This document shows positions 27,001-35,999 of a stretch of 40,116 nucleotides of DNA, one piece after another. Position 1 is the stretch's first letter. Every line of letters starts with the position of its first letter. The stretch comes from Spirochaetota bacterium. GTDB taxonomy: Bacteria > Spirochaetota > UBA4802 > JAFGDQ01. The translations under genes and the position numbers were made by a program. The notes under the pieces are model-generated. The model searched no databases. It worked only from the letters and a program-made list of their open reading frames with translations, and had not been told where the DNA came from. Where the stretch lies: NCBI GenBank assembly GCA_034190185.1, contig JAXHTB010000001.1, positions 1-40,116 of the forward strand, in the 5' to 3' direction.

Positions 27001-28293
27001 GACCTTAATAAAACTTTATTGATAAGAGAGCAATGTGAGAAAATATTTAATATTCCGGATGATATTTTGTGGCAAACACATTTTGATTTGAAAAATAAGT
27101 TTATTAGTTATGTAAAAAAGGAAATTACAGCGCATTGGGAGAGGGAAGGAGAAGACTCAAGTCTTCTGAATAAATTTTTATCCACTCTGAACTCATCCTG
27201 TTTAACAATTGGTTTCGGAAGGCGCATTACAGCCTATAAAAGGGCCGCGCTATTTATAAAAAATTTGGACAGGCTGAGGAAAATAGTTAAAAATGAAAAA
27301 TATCCTATACAATTTATTATTGCAGGAAAAGCGCATCCTGATGATCAGAAGGGGCAGGATCTGGTAAAAGAGATTGTAGATATATCGAAACAAGAGGATT
27401 TTCTTGGTAAGATCGTATTTTTGGAAGACTATGACATGAAAATAGCACGAAAAATGGTCTCTGGAGTGGATGTATGGCTGAATAATCCAAGAAGACCTCT
27501 TGAAGCAAGCGGAACAAGCGGACAGAAGGCAGGCATCAATGGCGTAATAAACTTTAGTATACTTGACGGCTGGTGGGATGAAGGTTATGAAGGATCCAAT
27601 GGATGGATCATTGGAGATAGGAAGGAATATAAGAATCTGGATACGCAGGATGTTGTTGACAGTAATTCATTATACGATATCCTGGAAAATGAAATTATCC
27701 CCGCATATTATTTCAGAAAAGAGAAAGATATTCCTGAGAAATGGGTAAAAATAATGAAGAACTCCATAGTATCAATAATCTCTGAATATAATACTAACAG
27801 AATGCTTCGTGATTATGTTGTAAAAATGTATGAGCCAGCGGCTAAAAAATATTTTAAAATGTTTGAAGATGATTTTAATAAGGCAAAAGAAATTGTTCAA
27901 TGGAAGAAATCAATCAAATCAAGATTTTCCACTATCCGGATAAAAGATATTTCTGTTGTTGGGATATATGGAGATAATATAGATATCAATGACGAAATAT
28001 CAGTTACAATGGAAGTTGAATTGGGCAAGGTTTTTATAGAAGAATTAAGAGCAGAAATGCTAATATTTCAAGACAAGAAGATGGAAAACATTGATTATAC
28101 TGAAATGAGACCTGAGCGCAATAAAATAGAATATATTACAATGGATGCTATCGAAGAGAATGATAATAGTGTCAAATACAGTTGTAAATATAGAGGAGAG
28201 AAATCTGGGAAATATAATTTCGGCATAAGGGTTATTCCATACAACAATGATATTGACGATATTATCGATCTTGATCTGGTATATTGGGGATAG
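24022..28293 (+). CDS. Fusion protein: N-terminal GT3 (eukaryote-type) glycogen synthase + C-terminal GT35 alpha-glucan phosphorylase (DUF3417-type)
   Basis: Uninterrupted 1423 aa. The N-terminus [21 protein letters not shown] matches the GT3 glycogen-synthase signature ([17 protein letters not shown] in animals). From ~25.72 kb come [10 protein letters not shown] (DUF3417), YFSMEFG...[19 protein letters not shown], the PLP-lysine motif [15 protein letters not shown], and the typical ...GIRVIPYN...VYWG tail. Confidence 0.85.
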   Translation: [1423 protein letters not shown]

Positions 28294-28384
28294 TGTTTAT
28301 AAGCTTAGGTGAAATTAAAATATTTTTGATTTATTGAGTGATTGAAGGAGTCGGGGATTTAAAGAACTACGTTAGGGTAAAGCA

Positions 28385-28412
28385 GTAGGGGCGAAAGCCC
28401 TTTCCCTTCTAT
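28385..28412. repeat. Decayed copy of the GC-rich palindromic element
   Basis: GTAGGGGCGAaagcccTTTCCCTTCTAT: the left arm is identical to 16629..16638 and the right arm is mutated. Both copies are preceded by AGCAG. Confidence 0.45.
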
Positions 28413-28485
28413 ATCGATTCACGGCTTTGCGCTAAGACCTTTTACACATAGGTCGCATATTATATTATGGAAGGATGTATCTTAT

Positions 28486-31197
28486 ATGGTAAAAAGAGTG
28501 TATCTATTTGGAGAGGGCTGTACTGAGGGAAATGCAGAAATGAAAAATCTCCTTGGTGGGAAAGGAGCCAATCTGGCTGAAATGTCAATAATAGGAATTC
28601 CTGTTCCTGCTGGTTTTACAATCACAACCGAGGCATGTAATGAGTACCATACCAATAATAATATTATCCCGGAAGGGTTAGAGGGTGAGGTTGATCTTGC
28701 TCTTAAAAGGGTAGAGGATACTATGAAGGCGAAATTCGGGGATGAACATAACCCTTTATTGGTTTCTGTAAGATCTGGTTCGAGAGTTTCAATGCCTGGC
28801 ATGCTGGATACAGTGCTAAATATTGGTTTGAATGATAAGACTATAATTGGCATAATAAATAAAAGTAATAATGAAAGATTTGCTTGGGATACTTATAGAC
28901 GATTTATTCAGATGTATGGGAATGTAGTTATGAGCATAAAACCCTTGTCAAATGATAATTTCGATCCCTTTGAAGAAATTATTGATGATATAAAGAGATT
29001 GAAAGGAATAGATTCTGATCTTGAATTAAGCATTGATGATTTGAAAAAAATAGTAGAAAGATTTAAGGGAATGATCTGTAAGCGCTTGGGAAAAGAACTG
29101 CCGTCAGATCCATATGAGCAATTGTGGGAAGCTATTAAGTCAGTTTTTAAATCATGGAATAATGATAGAGCAATACTATATAGACGACTAAATAATATTG
29201 ATGATGATTGGGGAACTGGTGTGAATGTCCAAGCAATGGTATTTGGTAATATGGGTAAGGATTCTGCTTCTGGTGTTGCCTTTACAAGGAATCCAGTTAA
29301 TGGTAATAATGAATTATATGGTGAATATTTGATAAATGCTCAAGGGGAGGATGTAGTTGCTGGTATTAGAACACCACAGCAGATAACACTTGCAGGGTCT
29401 TTAGAATGGTCAAAGGCAAATAATATTGGTGAAGAAGAGAGAAACTCAAAATATATATCCCTTGAGGAGTATAAGAACGATATCTATAGAGAATTTATTG
29501 ATATTATTAAAAAGCTTGAAAATCGTTTTCTGGATATGCAGGATATTGAATTTACAATTCAGAATAACAAGCTCTGGATGCTGCAAACAAGGACTGGTAA
29601 AAGAACTGCAGAGGCAGCAGTTAGAATTGCTGTTGAAATGGTGAAGGAGGGATTGATTCAAAAGGAAGAAGCTCTTATGAGGATTGAGCCTAACTCTATC
29701 GAACAGTTATTACATCCAATATTTAGCCCAAAAGCAGCTAGAAAGGTAATTACAAAGGGTTTGCCATCATCCCCAGGCGCAGCAACCGGGAGGGTTATAT
29801 TTAATGCTGATGATGCAGAGAAGTATACAACTATAGGAGATGATGTTATTCTAGTAAGAATAGATACCTCTCCAGAAGACTTAAAGGGAATGAGTTTAGC
29901 TAAGGGAATTTTAACTGCAAGAGGAGGTATGACCTCTCATGCTGCTGTGGTCTCACGAGGTATGGGGAAATGCTGTGTCTCAGGATGTGGGGAATTAGAA
30001 ATAAATTATGCAAAAAGGGAGATGAAGGTCAAAGATATAATCATTAAGGAGGGAGATTATATTTCCATTGATGGTTCTAACGGAGATGTTATGGTTGGTC
30101 AGGTGCCAACTGAAGAGGCGCAGCTTTCTGGAAATTTTGAGATTATTATGAAATGGGCTGATGAAGTTAAAAGACTTAATATTAGAACAAATGCTGATAG
30201 CCCACACGATGCTGAGATTGCAAGGAGTTTTGGTGCTAAAGGTATAGGTTTATGCAGGACTGAGCATATGTTTTTTGAAGAGGATAGGATCAAAGTGATG
30301 AGAAAAATGATTCTTTCACATGACCTTGAAGGCAGGAAAAGGGCTTTAAATGAACTGCTTCCAATGCAGAGACAGGATTTTTATGGTATATTAAAAGCAA
30401 TGGAGGGATTTAGTGTCACTATTAGATTGCTGGATCCTCCATTACATGAATTTCTACCTCACGAAGATTATAATCAAAGAAAGATGGCTGAAGAGATGGG
30501 AACTAGCTCAGAGATCATTAAAGCAAAAGTTGATTCCTTGTATGAATTCAATCCAATGCTTGGTCATAGGGGTTGTCGTCTTGGTATTACATATCCTGAA
30601 ATTACAGAGATGCAGTCAAGGGCTGTCTTTGAAGCTGCATGTCAGCTTGTAAAGGAGGGCATTGATGTTAAACCTGAGATAATGGTTCCCCTTGTAAGTA
30701 ATGTTAACGAATTTCTACAGGAGAAAATGGTTATTGAAAAGACAGCCGAAAAAGTAATGAAAGAGCTAATGGTGAGGGTGGACTATTTAATAGGAACGAT
30801 GATCGAGGTGCCTAGAGCTGCAATAACAGCAGATGAGATAGCAAATGAGGCAGCGTTTTTTTCTTTTGGCACAAATGATCTCACACAGATGACTTACGGT
30901 TTTAGTCGTGATGATTCCGGAAAATTTTTAAATGAATATATTGATAAGAAGATATTAGCGCATAATCCCTTTAAAGAACTTGATCGTGATGGCGTTGGAC
31001 AGCTTATAAAAATAGCTATTGAAAAAGGCAGAAGTGTAAATTCAGAATTAGATGTTGGAATCTGCGGCGAACATGGTGGGGAACCAAATTCGATTGAATT
31101 TTGTCATATAGTGGGAATGGACTATGTAAGTTGCTCTCCTTTTAGAACACCTGTTGCAAGACTGGCAGCAGCTCAGGCTGCAATAATGAATAATTAG
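28486..31197 (+). CDS. ppdK: Pyruvate, phosphate dikinase
   Basis: 903 aa. Contains YLFGEG...GNAEMKNLLGGKGANLAEM, the catalytic-His loop GGMTSHAAVVSRGMG, and the PEP-utilising C-terminal domain (GLCRTEHMF, FFSFGTNDLTQ). Confidence 0.95.
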   Translation: MVKRVYLFGEGCTEGNAEMKNLLGGKGANLAEMSIIGIPVPAGFTITTEACNEYHTNNNIIPEGLEGEVDLALKRVEDTMKAKFGDEHNPLLVSVRSGSRVSMPGMLDTVLNIGLNDKTIIGIINKSNNERFAWDTYRRFIQMYGNVVMSIKPLSNDNFDPFEEIIDDIKRLKGIDSDLELSIDDLKKIVERFKGMICKRLGKELPSDPYEQLWEAIKSVFKSWNNDRAILYRRLNNIDDDWGTGVNVQAMVFGNMGKDSASGVAFTRNPVNGNNELYGEYLINAQGEDVVAGIRTPQQITLAGSLEWSKANNIGEEERNSKYISLEEYKNDIYREFIDIIKKLENRFLDMQDIEFTIQNNKLWMLQTRTGKRTAEAAVRIAVEMVKEGLIQKEEALMRIEPNSIEQLLHPIFSPKAARKVITKGLPSSPGAATGRVIFNADDAEKYTTIGDDVILVRIDTSPEDLKGMSLAKGILTARGGMTSHAAVVSRGMGKCCVSGCGELEINYAKREMKVKDIIIKEGDYISIDGSNGDVMVGQVPTEEAQLSGNFEIIMKWADEVKRLNIRTNADSPHDAEIARSFGAKGIGLCRTEHMFFEEDRIKVMRKMILSHDLEGRKRALNELLPMQRQDFYGILKAMEGFSVTIRLLDPPLHEFLPHEDYNQRKMAEEMGTSSEIIKAKVDSLYEFNPMLGHRGCRLGITYPEITEMQSRAVFEAACQLVKEGIDVKPEIMVPLVSNVNEFLQEKMVIEKTAEKVMKELMVRVDYLIGTMIEVPRAAITADEIANEAAFFSFGTNDLTQMTYGFSRDDSGKFLNEYIDKKILAHNPFKELDRDGVGQLIKIAIEKGRSVNSELDVGICGEHGGEPNSIEFCHIVGMDYVSCSPFRTPVARLAAAQAAIMNN

Positions 31198-31778
31198 TTT
31201 TGAATCATAAGCTATTTAGATGCCAGTTATGGAGGGATTAGATATATCAACCATGCTTAACTCATTGAGGATTTTTTTTGTATGGAGATGATAATATAAT
31301 CCATTACAGAATTATATATATTTCTTTAAGTCATCTTCTAATACTTTGATAGCGAAATAGGGCATACAACTTCAGGTTCAGCAAGGTAAGTATCTGATGT
31401 AGCAATCTTATATCTGTACACATATTTAGCAGTCACTAAAAAAAAGAAAAGTACTTGTTTTTTTGTTGAATTTCTATCATATGTTATGAACTATTTTTTT
31501 ACATATTTTTAAATCGAATTGTAAGTCCCCACCCTTAGTTTTTTACCTTAAAGAGAATATAGATACAAATTGGACGATTAAAGGATAAGGAAGATAGAAA
31601 TTATAGACTTATGATCCTTTATGATTTTCATTATAACTATGTTGAATAATTTTTGCTTAGAGTTTCAGACGAATAAGTATATTAAAAAGTTATTAGGTTT
31701 TAACAGATTTTTGTATGGATAATATAGCAATTTAGGATCAATAGATAATAAATTCAGATTTTTGCAAAGTAGGTTAAC

Positions 31779-32924
31779 ATGAAAGATCCATTAACCCCTT
31801 ATGGCAATAAACCTATGGTAACACCTATAGTAAATGCTGTAAATTATGAATATAAATCCTTTGAGATACTGCATCAAATCACAAATGGTGAAATTGATGG
31901 CTATACATATCATCGTGATGACAACCCTACTGTTCGTAAGGTAGAAAAGATGATGACAAGTATGGAGGGTGCTGAAGATGCAATTATATGTACTACAGGC
32001 ATGGCTGCCTGTACAATGGTTTTTCTCACTTATCTTAGTGCAGGTGACAGCCTTGTAATATTTCACGATGTATATGGCGCAAATTACAAGGTATCTTTAA
32101 TCCTTGAGAGGTTCGGCGTTGATGTAATATGGCTGAATGCCTCGGAGAGTCACAGAATTGAAGAATATGTTAAAGATAATACAAAGATGATCTTTATGGA
32201 AACCCCGACGAATCCTCTTTGTAAGGTGATTGATATCGAAGAGACAGTAAAGGTAGCTAAAAAGGTCGATGCAATGCTTGTAGTTGATAATACCTTTGCA
32301 ACTCCATATCATCAGAAACCCCTTTCCATTGGTGCAGATCTAGTTATTCATAGTGCCACAAAAGGACTTGGCGGGCATAATGATCTTATGGCTGGAGTTA
32401 TTGCATGCCCTACAAAAGAGTTATACAGCGATCTATGGTTTACACGTCAGGCTATAGGTACAACCCTTGATGCTTATTCTGCATCATTGCTAGAACGGGG
32501 ATTGAAGACTTTTGAGTTGCGCGCAGATAAAATGGCAAAGAATGCTCTTGGAATGGCGGAGTATTTAAAGACACATCCCAGGATTAAGAGACTTGTATAT
32601 CCTGGTCTGCATGATGATACAGGTTATTCTATTGCCTGCAGACAGATGAAAAATGGATTTGGTGGAATTTTAGCATTTGATGTTGGAGATACTCTAGAAG
32701 ATGCTAAAAATTTTATTAGCGCTCTTAATAATATATATCATGCTGTAAGTCTTGGGGCAACAGAAACACTTATCTGTATTCCCTATTTAACTACTATGCT
32801 TTATCTACCAGAGGAACGGCGTCTTTCTTTTGGTGTGAATAAAAATACAGTTCGACTTTCTGCTGGAATAGAAGATCTTGAGATATTGATAGATGATCTT
32901 AAACAGGCACTTGGTAAAATATAA
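31779..32924 (+). CDS. Cys/Met-metabolism PLP-dependent enzyme (cystathionine gamma-synthase / beta-lyase / methionine gamma-lyase family)
   Basis: 381 aa. Contains YHRDDNPTV, VVDNTFATP and the PLP-lysine motif HSATKGLGGHNDLMAG. Substrate specificity cannot be read from the sequence alone. Confidence 0.85.
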   Translation: MKDPLTPYGNKPMVTPIVNAVNYEYKSFEILHQITNGEIDGYTYHRDDNPTVRKVEKMMTSMEGAEDAIICTTGMAACTMVFLTYLSAGDSLVIFHDVYGANYKVSLILERFGVDVIWLNASESHRIEEYVKDNTKMIFMETPTNPLCKVIDIEETVKVAKKVDAMLVVDNTFATPYHQKPLSIGADLVIHSATKGLGGHNDLMAGVIACPTKELYSDLWFTRQAIGTTLDAYSASLLERGLKTFELRADKMAKNALGMAEYLKTHPRIKRLVYPGLHDDTGYSIACRQMKNGFGGILAFDVGDTLEDAKNFISALNNIYHAVSLGATETLICIPYLTTMLYLPEERRLSFGVNKNTVRLSAGIEDLEILIDDLKQALGKI

Positions 32925-32954
32925 ATTTGATGAATTTATTTAGATTGGAGAAGA

Positions 32955-32982
32955 GAAGGCTCAGTCCATTGGATGAGCCTTC
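32955..32982. terminator. Hairpin between convergent genes
   Basis: GAAGGCTCA-gtccattgga-TGAGCCTTC, a 9-bp perfect stem, located between the stops at 32924 (+) and 33040 (-). Confidence 0.6.
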
Positions 32983-33039
32983 CAATTAAATGAAAGTAAT
33001 TTAATACTTATATTGTCTAGTGCAGTTTCATTGATCAAA

Positions 33040-33846
33040 TTATGGTTTTGCAGCTTTTATCATGACCCATGTCATTTCTCCCTTTGCCATAAGCTTCCCT
33101 TTCCATTCCCTGAATGCAAAATAGTTATCTTCGAATTTTCCCATTAGTTTTTCGCCTTCTCTTCTCCAGAGGAGTTCATAAGCGTCAAACCAGTGTGCTG
33201 CCATAGGTATCCCATCCGTGCCTTCCTGTTTATAGGAATATTTAAATGGCTGACGTTTTTTTATAATCATTCCTAATCTCTGGTATAAATTGATCAGCTC
33301 TTCTTCAGAGAAGAACCTGAAATCAGGACCATGTGAATTTTGAAATGCTTCTTCTATTAAATTGTTTATCTTTTTTTCGTCATCATCTACAGGGTCTTTT
33401 AATACTGGATCAACTGAGACTAAATAGCCATTGGGTTTCAAAACTCTGTGAATTTCCTTTACTGAACCTTCTGGATCAGTAAAATGGTGAAAGCTGAGCA
33501 TCAGGCATACTGAATCAAAAGATTCTGAGGGAAAAGGAAGTTTATCAGCTTTACCTAACACAACAGAGAAGTTCTTGATATTATTTTTTTCAATTTTTTC
33601 ACTGGCTAATTTAAGCATTCCATAACCGCTATCAATTCCAATGATAGTTCCTTCGGAGATTATATTATTGAGCAGTATTCCAAGTCTTCCTGTACCTGTT
33701 CCAACATCAAGCACCTTATCATTCTGAGATGGTGACAATTCTTTAATTAGGCTCTGTGTCAATTTTTTCACTGTTCCCATACTTTCGACCATTTGATCGA
33801 AATGAATAGCCTGATGATAATCCTGATAATTTATTTCTTCGTTCAT
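33040..33846 (-). CDS. Class I SAM-dependent methyltransferase with ~110-aa C-terminal extension
   Basis: Motif I is VLDVGTGTGRLG, followed by acidic post-I (IGIDS) and Methyltransf_11-like spacing (FDSVCLMLSFHHF, LKPNGYLV). The start overlaps the coaE stop in ATGA (33843..33846). Confidence 0.75.
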   Translation of the reverse strand: MNEEINYQDYHQAIHFDQMVESMGTVKKLTQSLIKELSPSQNDKVLDVGTGTGRLGILLNNIISEGTIIGIDSGYGMLKLASEKIEKNNIKNFSVVLGKADKLPFPSESFDSVCLMLSFHHFTDPEGSVKEIHRVLKPNGYLVSVDPVLKDPVDDDEKKINNLIEEAFQNSHGPDFRFFSEEELINLYQRLGMIIKKRQPFKYSYKQEGTDGIPMAAHWFDAYELLWRREGEKLMGKFEDNYFAFREWKGKLMAKGEMTWVMIKAAKP

Positions 33847-34448
33847 GACTTTCCTTCAATTTTTTGTTCCCATATCTCATTTACATGTTTTTCAACATCA
33901 GATATAGAACCAGTATTTTCTATAATAACATCTGCATGCTTTTTCCTTTCTTCATCTGATAGTTGTGATGCTATTCTAGATTCTGCATGTTCCTTTGTAA
34001 AACCCTTTGCACATAAGCGTTCGATTACAGTCTCTTTCTCGGCAACCACAAGCCAGACTTCGTCCACTAGGGGCAGCCAATTTGCTTCTATTAAGATTGC
34101 GGCATCAAGTACTATGACACCCTTATCTTTATTCTTCTTTTTAAATGCTTCTATGGTTTGTTCAAAGTTCTTATACATTCTGGGATGAACAATTTGGTTT
34201 AATTTGCTTACAGCCTCTTTGTTACTAAATACAATCTCACCAAGCTTTTTCCTGTTAATTGTCTTGTCCGGCTGCAGCAGGTCTTCTCCAAAGGTATCAA
34301 TTATATCCTTCCAAGCTTCGGTATTAGGAAGATATATTCCATGTCCTACTTTATCAGCATCAATAATTTCCGCGCCAAGTTTTGAAAGAATACTAGAAAC
34401 TGTACTCTTGCCTGTTGCAATACCTCCAGTTAATCCTATGACCTTCAT
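33843..34448 (-). CDS. coaE: Dephospho-CoA kinase
   Basis: 201 aa. P-loop MKVIGLTGGIATGKSTV is followed by ...DADKVGH...VHP...LDAAILIE, typical of CoaE. Confidence 0.9.
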   Translation of the reverse strand: MKVIGLTGGIATGKSTVSSILSKLGAEIIDADKVGHGIYLPNTEAWKDIIDTFGEDLLQPDKTINRKKLGEIVFSNKEAVSKLNQIVHPRMYKNFEQTIEAFKKKNKDKGVIVLDAAILIEANWLPLVDEVWLVVAEKETVIERLCAKGFTKEHAESRIASQLSDEERKKHADVIIENTGSISDVEKHVNEIWEQKIEGKS

Positions 34449-34486
34449 TATATAAACTCCTTTTTAGGTTTGCCTTGTATATTCAA

Positions 34487-35707
34487 TTATCCTAGCATTT
34501 CCATAAAATTTGCTATCTGATTTCTAATATATTCTTTATCATAGTCTCTTACATCTGAAAGATCACCAGGGATCAAGAGGGATGGTATTCCGAATTCTTC
34601 TGTAATCTCATCTTTAACTATCTTTTGACCTCCACAGTATAATCTACATCCTTTGTGGGTATACATTATTACTCCATCGATCTTATTTTCTCTGATCATT
34701 TCCTTAGTGAGATTTACGCGATTTTCAATAACTCCATTGAAAAAATTTGCAATATATTTTCTTGCCAGACTGTCAAGAGGATTATCTGGGTCTAACTCTC
34801 CAAGATATATATAATCCATATCTGACCGAACAAGTACACCTCCAAATTCTTCTACGTAATTGAGGAGGCTTGTATCATAGTTGATAATTGGTCCAAGCCA
34901 AAGCAGTCTATGCTTCTCATTTTCTATAATTCCCTTACCCTCTTTGACACGCTCTTGCACCTCTTTTAACAGCATCTGATAAAAACCAACTGCTTCTTTT
35001 GTTCCGAGTAACTGGATGAGTGGGTATATAGTGGATGATTCTTCAACGAGACTCATTGGGCAGGGAACAGTCTTTCTAAGCTCACTTATTTCCATCCAAA
35101 GGTCGTTAGTTTGTTTTGCATATCCAATTGTTTCTTTTAGTTTCTTTTCATCCAGTGGCTTGTTTGTTAATTTTTCAAGTATTGCTATCAATTCCTCACA
35201 CTGTTCCCTGTAGTATGCCACCTTTTCTTCTTCTACAGTTTCTTCAGTTCCGATTGTTGTTTGAAAGGGTGAATCCATTACATAATAGGGTACCTTGTAG
35301 TGTTCAACAACAGGAATATGAAGTTTAACACCACCATCACATGCATTAGTAGCCCCGATCACAAAATCGGGTTCCGGGATCATTAATTCCTCGCCAGAAA
35401 GCGCATATCCAACCACAGCCCTGTGGAAAGAGCAAATATTTCTTGGATAACCAAGATTTTCTGCCAGTTCAAGATAAGGAACTATCTTCTGCTTTACTGC
35501 AAGAAGTGTAGAGAAATGTTCTGTCATCATTGGCACAACATCCATTGCATGCAAAAGCTCAAGGGGCGCCATTAATATTGTCCAGATTACAGGCTTTTTA
35601 TCAAGTTTAGCTTGCCTTGCTTTTGCATAATAATCCTTTGCAATAGGCCATACAAGCCTTGCTGTCTTAAGCTTCTTTTTGGAACTGCTAAGGTCTGTTG
35701 AGCTCAT
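34487..35707 (-). CDS. 2-hydroxyacyl-CoA dehydratase / benzoyl-CoA reductase BcrB/C-family subunit (HGD-D), subunit 2
   Basis: 406 aa. Family-typical blocks are ICSFHR, PDFVIGATNACDGG, VPYYVMDSP, IDGVIMYTHKGCRLYCGG and GIPSLLIPGD. GAGGTG SD. Confidence 0.75.
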   Translation of the reverse strand: MSSTDLSSSKKKLKTARLVWPIAKDYYAKARQAKLDKKPVIWTILMAPLELLHAMDVVPMMTEHFSTLLAVKQKIVPYLELAENLGYPRNICSFHRAVVGYALSGEELMIPEPDFVIGATNACDGGVKLHIPVVEHYKVPYYVMDSPFQTTIGTEETVEEEKVAYYREQCEELIAILEKLTNKPLDEKKLKETIGYAKQTNDLWMEISELRKTVPCPMSLVEESSTIYPLIQLLGTKEAVGFYQMLLKEVQERVKEGKGIIENEKHRLLWLGPIINYDTSLLNYVEEFGGVLVRSDMDYIYLGELDPDNPLDSLARKYIANFFNGVIENRVNLTKEMIRENKIDGVIMYTHKGCRLYCGGQKIVKDEITEEFGIPSLLIPGDLSDVRDYDKEYIRNQIANFMEMLG

Positions 35708-35999
35708 TTCTGCACCTCAATTTTTATATTTATGGTTTTTATTGATCTAAAGGAACAAAGGCATAAAGATACTAAGGCAAAAAAGCAAGGATGTAGTTAT
35801 TCAACATTATTGGTTAATTATTTGAGTGTAACCAGAAACTATCGAATTTCTCTCATTTTATAGCTACAATTAAGTAAATAATAAGGATTTAGCATTTTTA
35901 AAGCAAATAATCTTTGCTTTAAGTTTTGAGGTTTACGATTTGCAGCTTAAAATATATCCTGAATTATATATTCTATAACCTTTGAACTTATAATTGATA

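Noticed and set aside
31198-31778. Possible SAM/S-box or T-box leader in the 580-bp gap upstream of the Cys/Met PLP enzyme
   Set aside because: I looked for the SAM-I core (paired GGUGGAGGGA...GCAACC-type segments) and for a T-box specifier/antiterminator layout and found neither. The region is simply AT-rich. An Rfam scan would be the decisive test.
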